Translations under genes and position numbers: made by a program
Notes under the pieces: generated by a model
What the model was told of the DNA's origin: nothing
The model's input: the letters and a program-made list of their open reading frames with translations, nothing else
Databases searched by the model: none
Shown here: in pieces, positions 50,918 through 63,903 of the stretch
How positions within the stretch are numbered: position 1 is the first letter of the stretch
Layout: the number at the start of each line of letters is the position of its first letter
Source: Octopus bimaculoides
Lineage: Eukaryota
Assembly (NCBI RefSeq): GCF_001194135.2
Contig: NC_068983.1
Coordinates: 24,525,470 to 24,589,469 of the forward strand
Direction of reading: 5' to 3'
DNA: 64,000 nucleotides

Positions 50918-51290
50918 CTTTTACTCTTTTACTTGTTTTAGTCATTTGACTGCAGCCATGCTGGATCCCAGGACTTATTCTTTGTAAGCCTAGTACTTAT
51001 TCTATCAGTCTCTTATGCTGAACCGCTAAGTTACGGGGACACACCAGCCTCGGTTGTCAAGCAATGTTGGGGGAACAAACACAGAGACACAAACATATAC
51101 ACAGACATACATATAGATATACATATATACGATGGGCTTCTTTCAGTTTCCATCTACCAAATCTACTCAAAAGGCTTTGGTCAGCCCAAGGCCATAGTAG
51201 AAGACATTTGCCCAAGGTGCCACAAAGTGGAACTGAACCTGGAATCATGTGGCTGGTAGCAAGCTACTTACCACACAGCCACTCCTGCGT
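50918..51290 (-). mobile_element. SINE family A, full length
   Basis: Reverse complement of the family A body. Confidence 0.9.
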
Positions 51291-51303
51291 CTATATATAT
51301 ATG

Positions 51304-51352
<49 letters not shown>

Positions 51353-52295
51353 CGCCGGAGTTTTAATGGTGGCAGCTGATGAAGGGGATGTTTCTATGTG
51401 GCCTGCTTGTTTGTTGCACCTTGTTTACCATTTTGTCCTTGTTCTTTTGCCACGTTATGTATCTATATGTACATGTAGATGAATGTATATACATACATGT
51501 ACATATATATGCATATACTCATATATTGTTTATATATANNNNNNNNNNNNNNNNNNNNNNNNNNNNNNNNNNNNNNNNNNNNNNNNNNNNNNNNNNNNNN
51601 NNNNNNNNNNNNNNNNNNNNNNNNNNNNNNNNNNNNNNNNNNNNNNNNNNNNNNNNNNNNNNNNNNNNNNNNNNNNNNNNNNNNNNNNNNNNNNNNNNNN
51701 NNNNNNNNNNNNNNNNNNNNNNNNNNNNNNNNNNNNNNNNNNNNNNNNNNNNNNNNNNNNNNNNNNNNNNNNNNNNNNNNNNNNNNNNNNNNNNNNNNNN
51801 NNNNNNNNNNNNNNNNNNNNNNNNNNNNNNNNNNNNNNNNNNNNNNNNNNNNNNNNNNNNNNNNNNNNNNNNNNNNNNNNNNNNNNNNNNNNNNNNNNNN
51901 NNNNNNNNNNNNNNNNNNNNNNNNNNNNNNNNNNNNNNNNNNNNNNNNNNNNNNNNNNNNNNNNNNNNNNNNNNNNNNNNNNNNNNNNNNNNNNNNNNNN
52001 NNNNNNNNNNNNNNNNNNNNNNNNNNNNNNNNNNNNNNNNNNNNNNNNNNNNNNNNNNNNNNNNNNNNNNNNNNNNNNNNNNNNNNNNNNNNNNNNNNNN
52101 NNNNNNNNNNNNNNNNNNNNNNNNNNNNNNNNNNNTATATATACATATATAATGGTTGTGGTTTGAACAAATTATGCAAAGATATATGATTGTTATTGCT
52201 GTTAATCAGCGTTTGAGAAGAGAATGAAAAAGAATCAATGCAATTTCTTGCATTGTTAAACCACAAGTAAAGACGTATTTATATATATATATCTA

Positions 52296-52331
<36 letters not shown>

Positions 52332-52557
52332 TTTCTGAGAGAGAAAGAGATAGATAGATAGAAACATAGATAGATAGAGAGACAGAGAGGTAGAAGTAAT
52401 GCAAATAAATTAGGTTGCTTTTGTTTCATTCATGTAGCAAGTCAGGTTTGTTCCTACATAGAAATAAGTGTTGGTACAAGATAAATGACAGCTCGCAACT
52501 ACTAGGATTATCTCTTCAAGAGACACTGTACAAATTGGGATTAATACAAAAAAAATA

Positions 52558-52605
<48 letters not shown>

Positions 52606-53267
52606 ATAGAAAAAGCAAATTTATTATTTGCGGGGAAATTCCTTGGAAATGATCAAACCAAAATGCACATAAACTATGCTGTTTATTCAACTGATTGTAA
52701 TTTGTTGTTTCTGTTATGAAAGTAAACTGCGGTAAACAAAACCAAAATGTGGCACTAAATGTAAAATGTAAAAGAGGTTTTTTCATTGATGTATCACAAG
52801 GAAACAATGTTTATTCTGAAAACTGTTACAACAATAGTAATTATTGCATGTGAAATGAATTGTCTTATATCATATATAATACTATTCTGCTGTTAACAGA
52901 GATTAGAATGCTTAAAGAGTGACGGCTCTCTGTTGAATGGTATCCTTAGAAATCAGACAATAAAACGTACACATGCGTTATTAATAATAATGATCTCCTA
53001 TAAAATAATGACCGCAAATATTTTGAGTGAAGAATATGTTGAGGATTTAATTAATCCCACTATTTGATTGTTGCTTATATTATTAATAATAAACCCTCGC
53101 CCAATCTTGACTAATAGCAGGCTTCCTATCATTTCTGCCATACTGTTGTGCTATTTAATTATCTCTTTACATAAAAGCCTATGTCATGTTTCTTTGCTTG
53201 TTGGTTTTATCACACTGTGAGAATATTTCACAAACTTAAAGATACATATGTACATAAATACATACAA

Positions 53268-53301
<34 letters not shown>

Positions 53302-53989
53302 GTATAATTGATAACATAAAGAGTGGAGATTTATTCACACCTAAAATTTTTTGATCGAAAAATTTTCTTCTGCATATATAACACTGACCTACATATGTTT
53401 CGATTGAAGTAACTGCACATTCTTTCGTATGCAAGCATGCATCCTAGTTGCTGCAATTTCATCAAGGGCCCCGCTCATAATGTGTTCAAAGTGAACTGAT
53501 TCAAACAAGTGTCCTGCGTTGGTATTCTGATGAAGGTTATAGCATTACATTTTAAATCCAATGGAATTCTGATATTATAATCACCTCTACTGGTATTACA
53601 GTCGAAGCATGGTTTTAAAATGTTTATTCAGATTTCAATTAATTGTAGCAGTTTTGTGTAAATAAGTGGGTCTGTTAGCTTAACTCTGATTGTAGGTATA
53701 AAAATATCATATACAGATATAAGGTTACCTCAAAGAATAGGGAGTACTTCTATGTAACTCACGTTATATTGAGCAAATAATTCGCAGTCATTTAAATTTG
53801 CTTTGGAATAGGAACAAAATGAATACTACTAACTTTAGTAAACTAATTTGGACACTAAAAGGTAGTAACAAAGTATATTCAATTGTTTGGGAAATAATTA
53901 GTAAGGTAAAACTTATAGAATATGCAATAATAGATGTGATGTTTGTGTGAAAGAACTGTACCAAATTTTTACTTCTAAGTTTACTCATA

Positions 53990-54352
53990 TAAACACAAGA
54001 CAGGAACAGGAAAGTGAGGCTGGAGAGGAAGGTATTGTCACCCAGGAAGTTCATTGAAAAGTGGGTGAATGTGACAAGAATGGCCCGCATAAATGAGCCT
54101 ACTTTGAGTGTGCGCCTGTAGGCCGGATGAAAGGCAGACGAGAGGGTGCCTTCCTGAGGAGAGTTTGGTGTTAAGGATTCCAAAGTGCATGAGGTCTTTT
54201 TGGTCACCTTATGGTGGAACTCCACCCTATTGGGGAAGCATATTGTTGATTTAATCTCTTTTTTAACCATTGTGTTTGCTTGCTGTTTACATGTTTAACC
54301 TCACTGTCTTTCATTTGTGTATCGCCCTCTATGTTTTGTGTTCAGCCTTGGT
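53990..54352 (+). mobile_element. Probable L1/Tx1-like LINE 3' end
   Basis: GC-richer island translating RNRKVRLERKVLSPRKFIEKWVNVTRMARINEPTLSVRL* (stop 54119-54121), followed by a T-rich putative 3' UTR running into (ATT)n. The clade call rests on a loose resemblance. Confidence 0.4.
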
Positions 54353-54353
54353 A

Positions 54354-54451
<98 letters not shown>

Positions 54452-54478
54452 GCTGTTGTTGTTGTTGTTGTTGTTATA
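54353..54478. repeat. (ATT)n(GTT)n microsatellite
   Basis: Direct reading; the source of the poly-L/Y/I/N pseudo-ORFs. Confidence 0.95.
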
Positions 54479-54708
54479 AGGTGGTGAACTGGCAGAATTG
54501 TTAGCATGCTGGGCAAAATGCTTAGCAGTATTTTGTCTGTCCTTATGTTGTGAGTTCAAATTCTGCCAAGGTCGACTATGCCTTTCCTCCTCTCAGGGAA
54601 GGTGAAATAAGTACCAGTCACACACTGGGGTTGATACAATCGACTAGCCCCTCTCCCCCAAATTTTAGGCCCTTGTGTCTTTTTAGTAGAAAGGATTATT
54701 ATTTTTAA

Positions 54709-54750
<42 letters not shown>

Positions 54751-55175
54751 GGTTGAGAGCAGGCAGAATTGTTAGCATGCCAGGCAAAATGCTTAGCAGC
54801 ATTTCATCTGTCTTTATGTTCTGAGTTCAAATTCTGCTGTGGTCAACTTTGCCTTTCATCCTTTCAGAATCGATTAAAATAAGTACCTGTTGTGTACTGG
54901 GGACCAATGTAACTGCTGGTCTTGTACCAAAATTTGAAATCATTGTTGTTGTTTTTGTTGTCTTTTAGATGGCAAGCTGGCAGAATCATTACTGTATTGG
55001 ACAAAATATTTTGCAGTATTTCTGCCATCTTTACATTCTGAGTTCAAATTTTGCTCTGAGGTCAGCTTTGGCTTTCATTTTTTTAGGGTCGATAAAATAA
55101 GTACCATTTGAGCACTGGGATTGATGTGATTGACTTACCCCCCACCTCCAAAATTACTGGCTTTTTGCCACCATT
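54475..55175 (+). mobile_element. Array of three SINE family B copies
   Basis: Copies at ~54475-54710, 54748-54945 and 54968-55175, each preceded by (ATT)n or (GTT)n. Confidence 0.85.
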
Positions 55176-55989
55176 ATTATCACTACTACTACTACTACTA
55201 CTACTACTACGTTAGAGAAATGGACTTGCAGAAGCTCTATGGAGAATAACTAAGACAGAATTCAGCCTTTTTCACATTGTCAGCTTGATAGGAATTTACC
55301 ATTTCTCTGTGACATTAATATATTTATATTTATACTCTCACTTTACACACATGCAAATAAACGTATGCACATAGATACCACCCCCACACACACACAGAAT
55401 CTAATTTCTTTCAATTGTTAAGTATAGCAAATGTGTTTAAGTAACCAGTTTATGACATAAGCTTGACTGATTGATTAGTTAATTAAAAATTTGGCCAAGA
55501 GGCTGTAAACTTTGGTAAGAACACTCACTTTGTTCATTTGATGGCTGTCTATTTAAGTTAGAAAATAATTGGTTCTACTTCATAATGATAATGAGCATCA
55601 AGAAACACAAACACCTGCTTTAAGAAAACCTATGTTTCTCAATGTCATGACAGAATGTCCTTAGAATGAAAAGTCAGAAGACAGCAAATGACTGATTTAA
55701 AAGTAGTTCTTGTGAATGGTTTGTGCATGGAGATATTTTCAATTCAGCTTGCTACACTTTAACTTAGGGTCACCAAAGTTTAGCTAAAGATGAGCTGAAT
55801 GGATTAGTAGTTTGAAAGATTAAAGATGCTGTATAATAAGGTATATTGTTTTTATGACTTAGTCGGACAAAGAGGGCAGTGTCTATGACCTTTAGTGTCA
55901 GAATAAATACTGCAAAGCATTCTGTCTAATGCTCGTTCGATCCTGTCATTTCACCATCTATATTTTGGCACTCCGTCAATTAGGATGAT

Positions 55990-56290
55990 GTGGGTTCCAG
56001 TTGATCTGCTCAACAGAACAGCCTGCTAGTGGAATTAACATGCAAGTGGCTAAGCACTCCACAAACACATGTACTCTTTACGTAGTTCTCAGGGAGATTC
56101 AGTGTAACTCAGAATGTAATAAGGCCGGTCCTCTGAAATACAGGTACAACTCATTTTTGCCAGCTGAGTGGACTGGAGGAATGTGAAATAAGGTGTCTTG
56201 CTCAAGGACACAACGTATCATCAGGAATTGAACTCATGACCTTATGATTGTGAGCTGAATACCCCTAACCACTAAGCCATGCACCTTCAC
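55990..56290 (-). mobile_element. Chimeric SINE: family D head with family G tail
   Basis: The head end matches 2120-2248. The tail end (GGTTCCAGTTGATC...AACAGCCTGCT...CAAGTGGCT.AGCACTCCAC) is the reverse complement of 27945-28015. Confidence 0.7.
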
Positions 56291-56308
56291 CTTACACACA
56301 TCTATATA

Positions 56309-56574
56309 CAGAGTTGTCTTAAGGCATGGGTACACTGGGCAGTTGCGCAGGGGCCTCACAGGTCAAGGGGCTGAAATTATGATCTACACATGTTGCAACT
56401 TGCTGTCAATGCATAAATATTATAGAGGATAGTGCATTGATTTGCTCTGGGCTTCATGAGTCAGGGGCCCATTTCTAATCTATTTATGATGTAGCTTGCT
56501 GTCAATAAGTAAATATTATAGGGCTTGGGGAATTGATTTGCTCAAGGGCCTATAATGCTGCTAAGAAATCCCTG
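56309..56574. mobile_element. 266-bp hAT-type MITE
   Basis: Degenerate TIRs CAGAGTTGTCTTAA / CTAAGAAATCCCTG, an 8-bp target duplication TCTATATA / CCTATATA (7/8), and an internal ~55-bp direct repeat (CTTGCTGTCAAT...AAATATTATAG...ATTGATTTGCTC). Confidence 0.7.
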
Positions 56575-58509
56575 CCTATATATTCGACTTCTTTCAGTAA
56601 CACAATGAAAATTAAATTAGTGAAAATATAATACAACAAAGCCTCTTCAAGGCAATTTTACACACCCAAACATTTAAAGGACAGTTGTCTGTTTGATAGA
56701 AATGGTGGAGCATCCAGTTAATTGACCTACAGTTTTGACAATCAACTTTCTGTGATCAAATTCTACTGGTGTTAATTTAACCTATTTTATCCCACAGTGA
56801 GGGATAAAATATGAACCAGAGCCAAATCCAACTGACCAGCAACTCCACTCCACACTCTCCTTTAATAAATCGATAACTAGATATATCATCATCATCATCA
56901 TCATTGTATATAAAGAAAAAAATGTTTAGAATTTCAGCTGTAGAAAAATTCACTTGGAAATATTTCTTACCTACTTTCATCTCTTCTTCATCTTCTTCTT
57001 CATCTCTTGTCTTTGCGTTTATTGATAAGAAAATGTTTTCAGACTTGGATACAGATAATATTTATGACAAATGCATAGTTTTAGGATGAGATCTCTTGCA
57101 AGATTCCCATTCAATGATTTATTGTTTTCATTTCGTATTTTGTTTTGTTGAATGGTTTTCACTGATGCAAGATATATTTATTTGACGTTTTCATTTCACA
57201 AACCCTGTAAAATAGATAATGAAAAATAGCAATGACTGACTTGCTGATAATGACAATAGAAGATGTATTCAGTTGAGATATCATAGATAATGCTTTCAAC
57301 ACTGCTTGCCTGGTGGGCGTGGCAACTATTTGGGCAGCGAGACATAGTGAGTTCAAACTTTGCAAATGATACTCTAGTTTCCCAGTCAGTCAGCTTAGCT
57401 TAAAAAATATCTACTTTGTATATGAAGAATTTGTTTTAGGAAAGGCATCAAAGTGTTAAATATAATAACTATCAGTTTCACATTGCTGTGGCATCTGATA
57501 TGTTTACAATTGTAATCATATTATAGACTTGTTTTCATAGAACTAACGACAACTACTAATAACGATGTTAAACTTTGTGGTGAGCAGCCAATATATGTAA
57601 ATGTTTGCATTAATACAGCATTATGACGTCACTTCTATATCTGATCTTGCACCTGGCTACCAAAAATATGGGGCAGATACAATAAAGTTGTAGTTTTAAT
57701 GGAACACTGACAAAGTAGAAGGAAAAAAATAATATAATAAAACGGTAAAAATGTTTGGATTTATAAATTCTCTTTTCCTATTAGTAATGCTCATCAATTA
57801 TAATGATTTTCTTTGATCGTGTTTTCTGATCATTTATCACTTTTGAAAGTAATTATTAAGATTAGTGTTTATCTAAAGTAGTTGCTCCAACATTTTATGC
57901 AAATATCTTAATTTGCATCACTATCTTAAAAAATAAAGAGTTACATAATGACTTGAAAGAAGTAGTTGGCTGGAATGAAAGTCAATTCTCTTTTACATTT
58001 ATATTTTGAGGATATTCATCATTTGTGAACCAAAAGGAATGAATTTTAGGATAATTATTCTTTGTTCTAAGTTTGCCTGAATTATTGATATGAATTTTGC
58101 ACAGTTGTTTTGATCTCATTGTATAATTAAGCAATCTTTATTTTACGGTAATCTTTTGTTATGATAGTTGTGCAGTGGAGAAACAAAGCTCTTGTTTAAT
58201 TAAAAAAAAAAAAAAATATGAAATGAAATGAAATTAAAGATTTAAAGATTTCCTGTCATAATTGGCTGCTGTTACAATTTCTTTTATTGCCATAAATTAT
58301 TTTGTTTTCTGAATTTAAGTTAATATATCTTAGTCTTTGTAGTTTTGGTATCGTTCTACAATGAGAAACATATCTACACTGAACAATTTTGATCATATAG
58401 TACATGATCTCCATTATATCACTCAAGTAGGGCATTTATTCAAACTGTTTTGTAATCTCTTCTATACTATTCCATTCATTTCTCATTTTATGAACTTGTC
58501 ATCGTCCAT

Positions 58510-58840
58510 CAGCACCTGTGTCTGTACCACATAAGAAGCACTTGTGCTGGTGTCATGTGGAAAAGCACCCATTGAGTGCCATGTAAAAACCTCGTAAGCC
58601 AGTGCTATATATAAAGCACCCATGCCAGCACCATGCATAAAACACTTGTGCTGGTGCTACATAAAAAGCACCCAATGCACTCAGTAAAGTGGTTGGCATT
58701 TAGAAGGGTATCCAGCCATAGAAATCATGCCAAAACAGATAAATGAAGCCTGGGCAGTACTCTGGGTGTCCAGCTCCTGCCAAACCACCCAGTTCATGTC
58801 AGTGTATGAAACAGACGTTAATTGATGATGATGAGGGTGA
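58510..58840 (+). mobile_element. RTE-type 3' UTR/tail, diverged, with repeated AAAAGCACCC modules
   Basis: Several GTGCTGGTG..AAAAGCACCCA modules, then AAGTGGTTGGCATTTAGAAGGGTATCCAGCC, ending in GATGATGATG. Confidence 0.65.
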
Positions 58841-60364
58841 TGTTGTTCTATACTGGTGTGAGTTGGATGGTTTGACATGGTTCGATTCATCCAAGGACTG
58901 CATTGTGCTCTGTTGTACTCTGTTGCTTTGACATAGTTTCTACAACACATGATGCCCTTCTTAAAACCAGCCACTTTACACCTTGTCCTGAGGGCTTTAT
59001 TCATGTGATCGCTACTGTTGAGGCCACCATGCAGTTTGCAAGAATATGTATGAGCTCTGTGAAGGAAATGTATTAGAAGATGAAGTGTAAAAGATAAGTA
59101 AAGGTGTGAAAGAAGGGGCCAGAGCAGGACAGGTTTCTTGCTGTTGAGGAGCTAAGTATTTCATTTAATACTTAAGAAAAAAATGTTGAAGTTTACCATA
59201 TTAACATTTTCAATACAACCTGTATTGGTACTATTCTATGTAGCTAGTATTTATCTCTTCCACATGGATGCATTGACAGATGCATTGACAGTTCTTAAAA
59301 ATATATAACTTTTGCTATCATATAACTTCTGTCAATTCCACTCAACCAGAAGTATGTCATGGCAGTAGCTACATAAAGAATTATAAGCAACAAATATGTT
59401 TTGTGCTCCAGTTAAACAATATTTCCATCTGGTCTGGGTGCACACAATATCTAGCTGTTAGGAAAGCAGCATTATTACTGTAAGGTGTATTGTATACGTT
59501 TTGCTGGCCAGTCTGTGTGTGTGTGTCTGGAGCAGGTAAAACAATGTTTGGAGCTTGCTTAACTTATATTGGAAATTGTTGAGAAACTAGTACATAATTT
59601 TGAGCTTTGTATGACAATTAGTATTATTGTATTTTTGTGAGTCTGAGAGTTTTGTGGTTGATTATTAGGTAAGATCGATAGTGTAGATATTTCATGGTTG
59701 AGTTGTTAGTTTTAGAAAGAGTATCCAACTGTAAAATATGGTAAACATCAGTTTCAGAACATTAATTTCATGTTGTTATAACATCTGTTATGTTTATGGT
59801 TTCAATCATGTGATAGTTCTGTTTACATAGAATCAGTGGCAAATATCAATAAAGGTATTAAGCTGTGTATGGTAAGGAGGGAATGTATGTAAATGTCTAC
59901 ATAAATTGCAGCATCACTATGTCACTTGATCTTTCACCTGGCACCTGGCCACCGAAATGTGAGAAAAACATCATAAAGCTGTGACTTTAATGGGGAAATT
60001 TTTGAGATAGTGTTGTAATATTGCTTTGGAAAGCCATTGATGTGGCAAACTGCTAGTAGATTGTTGGACATATATTTGCAAGGGTTGAAATGTTGGAGCT
60101 CCTTGCAACCTCAAACTGTGCTCCCCCATGCAGTGTTAGAACTTCTCACTAACCACTCAACTTGTTCAATATAATAAAGCTGATAACTATTCTTGGTTGA
60201 ACTCCTTGCTATCTTCAAAATTGGAGTTAATTCCTAACCACATGGCTCTCGGTTCAGTTCCACTGTGTGGAATCTTGAGCAAGTGTCTTCTACTATAGTC
60301 TCAGGCCAACAGAAGCCTTCTGAGAGGAATTTGTAGGTGGGAACTGGAAGAAGCCTGTCATATA

Positions 60365-60397
<33 letters not shown>

Positions 60398-60769
60398 NNN
60401 NNNNNNNNNNNNNNNNNNNNNNNNNNNNNNNNNNNNNNNNNNNNNNNNNNNNNNNNNNNNNNNNNNNNNNNNNNNNNNNNNNNNNNNNNNNNNNNNNNNN
60501 NNNNNNNNNNNNNNNNNNNNNNNNNNNNNNNNNNNNNNNNNNNNNNNNNNNNNNNNNNNNNNNNNNNNNNNNNNNNNNNNNNNNNNNNNNNNNNNNNNNN
60601 NNNNNNNNNNNNNNNNNNNNNNNNNNNNNNNNNNNNNNNNNNNNNNNNNNNNNNNNNNNNNNNNNNNNNNNNNNNNNNNNNNNNNNNNNNNNNNNNNNNN
60701 NNNNNNNNNNNNNNNNNNNNNNNNNNNNNNNNNNNNNNNNNNNNNNNNNNNNNNNNNNNNNNNNNNNNN

Positions 60770-61100
60770 CATCATCATCATCATCATCATCGTTTAACGT
60801 CTGCTTTCCATGCTAGCATGGGTTGGACGATTTGACTGAGGACTGGTGAAACCGGATGGCAACACCAGGCTCCAATCTAATTTGCCAGAGTTTCTACAGC
60901 TGGATGCCCTTCCTAACGCCAACCACTCAGAGAGTGTAGTGGGTGCTTTTACGTGTCACCCGCATGAAAACGGCCACGCTCGAAATGGTGTCTTTTATGT
61001 GCCACCCGCACAAGCCAGTCCAGGGGCACTGGCAACGATCTCACTCGAAAATCCTACGGGAGCCAGTCAGGCGGTACTGGCAACGGCCACGCTCAAAATA
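60770..61100 (-). mobile_element. RTE-type 3' tail with (GAT)n
   Basis: (CAT)n then CGTTTAACGTCTGCTTTCCATGCTAGCATGGGTTGG..., the same tail as 19625-19800 and 3193-3365. Confidence 0.8.
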
Positions 61101-62271
61101 TATATATATATATTAAGGTGGTGTTCCAGCATGGCTGCAGTCGAAATGACTGAAAGAAGTTAAAGAATTAAAGACTACATATATAATTTCAAAATCTTTT
61201 GTAGTTTGGGATTCATTAAAACTATGACACAAGATGAAAAGTAAAGTTAATCTGTGTGGAATTTGAACTCTCTTTTTGTGTTTGTCATGCTTTCAGTAGA
61301 ATATTTAAAATAGTAGATAAATGGAACTAGGGATTGATAACCAGAGAATGTGTGAGAAATTCTATTTCAAAGTTAATAATCTCTAGTAACACCTTTGGAT
61401 TGCTAATTGGTCCCCTCGTTCTAACTTTTCATTTAGTTTTTTGATTTATATAGGGCAACTTATTAATTCGAGTAAGATTTTAATTGAGTTTCCCTGCTAG
61501 ATTAGACATACACCATTAATATTCATTGTACCATCTTAACATTTACATTTTTGAATTTTTATTTAACATAGGAAAAACGATCTTTTATTGTGTTTATATT
61601 GTTCTTATATTATTTATTTATTATCAATTTAAGTACTGCACGTAGAGCTATTATATAATTAATATTCCAAAGAGAAGCGGGATTTATTTGTATTTTCTGT
61701 TTGTGCTTGTCTTTATTTAATTTTTTTTGTTAAATACATTTTTATGGTTTTATATATCAATGCTATTTAGATTGGATCTAAATCTGCTGAAGAACCAATA
61801 TTGTTTCCTCCTCCCCCCTCTCTCTCAAACACACCTGCTTTGAATAAAAGAAGCATTTACAGGAGATATTAAAAAACAAAAACAAAACACAAAAATATTA
61901 CGTGCTAATGAATAAAAAGAAGCATAATAGAAATTGTCTGCTGTCACATCAAGTCTATTATGTGGATTGGTGCTGATAGTCATGTGATTGCGATACTTTT
62001 TATTGTACCATTGTTAGAATAGTTTTAAATTTAGTCCTCGTTTTCTTATTGTATTAATACACACTTTGGTAGTACTGTGTTTTACTTTTCATTTATAGTT
62101 GTTGTGGTTGTTTTTGCTTTGTTTTTGTTTTGTTTTTGTTTTGGGGGATTTGTTTGTTTTTGTTAAATGTGAATCAGAATCATCATTATTTATGAGAAAA
62201 GATGATTTGCTATAGACTTTATACAGGAGGATAAAAAAAGAGTATCAGAATAATGTCACATATATATATGC

Positions 62272-62311
<40 letters not shown>

Positions 62312-63146
62312 CTTTATGTAAAATGCTATTAGAATTCACCGATAAGCTGACTGATAACAGTATGAATGTGATGGGCTGCTAATAGACAAGAATTCATTGA
62401 CTAGCATCTATTTTTTTTTTATTACTTGTGGTGATGACAATGATGATAATGACGATGATGGTAGCTTTTTTTTTTTTATAGTTTATTCCAGACTTTGAAA
62501 TTGTGAATTGGTATTGTTTATTTATTTTGTTTTGTATTTTTTTTTTTTTTTACACCAGCTAGAACAGTTATGTAAACTAACCTTCAGAATCAATGCTTCA
62601 AAGATCATTTTAAGAACTCGTGGATAGAACATGTAATTAGGTAAAACGTATTTTGTGCTATCGGGAATTCATATCAGTCACTGAGAAGTATATGTTGTGG
62701 GTCTGTATCAAAATTCTAATCTTAAATGTAGCCAAAGATAATTGATGCCCTGTTATAGAGTTAAATGCTTACTTATCTCATACACTAGTGTAATACAATT
62801 TCTTAGTTGATAAAGCATCTTGTTCTTTGGTCTTGTGATATTGGGATTTGATCTAAGCCTTGATGGTCATTACTATATCATTCACCAGTTTCCAGGTATT
62901 TAGCTCTTTACCACCAAATCGTTTTCTTTGTTCTTATCTCTTCTGTCTCTGCTATACATTATGCATTCAAGTGAGAAATATCTAATAAATTATCTTTAAT
63001 ATATAAATATATATATATAGGCATAGGAGTGGCTGTGTGATAAGTAGCTTGCTAACGAACTACATGGTTCTGGGTTCAGTCTCACTGCATGGCACCTTGG
63101 GCAAGTGTCTTCTACTGTAGCCTCGGGTTGAAAGAAGCCCGTCGTA

Positions 63147-63177
<31 letters not shown>

Positions 63178-63600
63178 NNNNNNNNNNNNNNNNNNNNNNN
63201 NNNNNNNNNNNNNNNNNNNNNNNNNNNNNNNNNNNNNNNNNNNNNNNNNNNNNNNNNNNNNNNNNNNNNNNNNNNNNNNNNNNNNNNNNNNNNNNNNNNN
63301 NNNNNNNNNNNNNNNNNNNNNNNNNNNNNNNNNNNNNNNNNNNNNNNNNNNNNNNNNNNNNNNNNNNNNNNNNNNNNNNNNNNNNNNNNNNNNNNNNNNN
63401 NNNNNNNNNNNNNNNNNNNNNNNNNNNNNNNNNNNNNNNNNNNNNNNNNNNNNNNNNNNNNNNNNNNNNNNNNNNNNNNNNNNNNNNNNNNNNNNNNNNN
63501 NNNNNNNNNNNNNNNNNNNNNNNNNNNNNNNNNNNNNNNNNNNNNNNNNNNNNNNNNNNNNNNNNNNNNNNNNNNNNNNATAATAATAATAATAATAATA

Positions 63601-63643
63601 ATCATACTAACCCCAAGATTCCGAGTTCGATTCCAGGCAGTGA

Positions 63644-63693
<50 letters not shown>

Positions 63694-63903
63694 GTAATAG
63701 TAATAATAATAATAACATCGAAAATTATCTTAGGAGTGAGAACCCAGGTTTGAAATTTCCCCCAAGACACCTGATGAAGGCTGGAGGGTATATCAGCCGA
63801 AACATTGTGTTAACAACAAACAAGATGAGGACAAATATTCGTCAAATGTAAATAATGTAAATAATGTAAATAATGTAAATAATGTAAATAATGTAAATAA
63901 TGT
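63601..63903 (+). mobile_element. Composite repeat: tRNA B-box fragment, (TAA)n, hammerhead-bearing segment, (AATGTAAAT)n tail
   Basis: GAGTTCGATTCC at 63623-63634, TAA run ~63648-63715, hammerhead at 63766-63811, about six tandem AATGTAAAT units at ~63846-63903. Confidence 0.55.
63766..63811 (+). ncRNA. Minimal type I hammerhead ribozyme motif (variant core)
   Basis: GACAC-CTGATGA-A-GGCTG-gagggtatat-CAGCC-GAAA-C-ATT-GTGTT: stem I GACAC/GTGTT, 5-bp stem II, one extra A after the core. Stem III reads AC-AT instead of AC-GT, giving an AUU triplet. Confidence 0.6.

Noticed and set aside
53290-53400. CYICRRKF zinc-finger-like peptide on the minus strand
   Set aside because: The His ligands and linker of a C2H2 finger are missing.
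53788-54270. 160-aa minus-strand ORF
   Set aside because: It is antisense to a probable LINE 3' end plus AT-rich sequence, with no recognisable domain.
56783-56811. 11-bp hairpin TATTTTATCCC/GGGATAAAATA overlapping a CAG acceptor-like site
   Set aside because: All three frames after the AG close within a few codons, and one short AT-rich hairpin is unremarkable in 64 kb.
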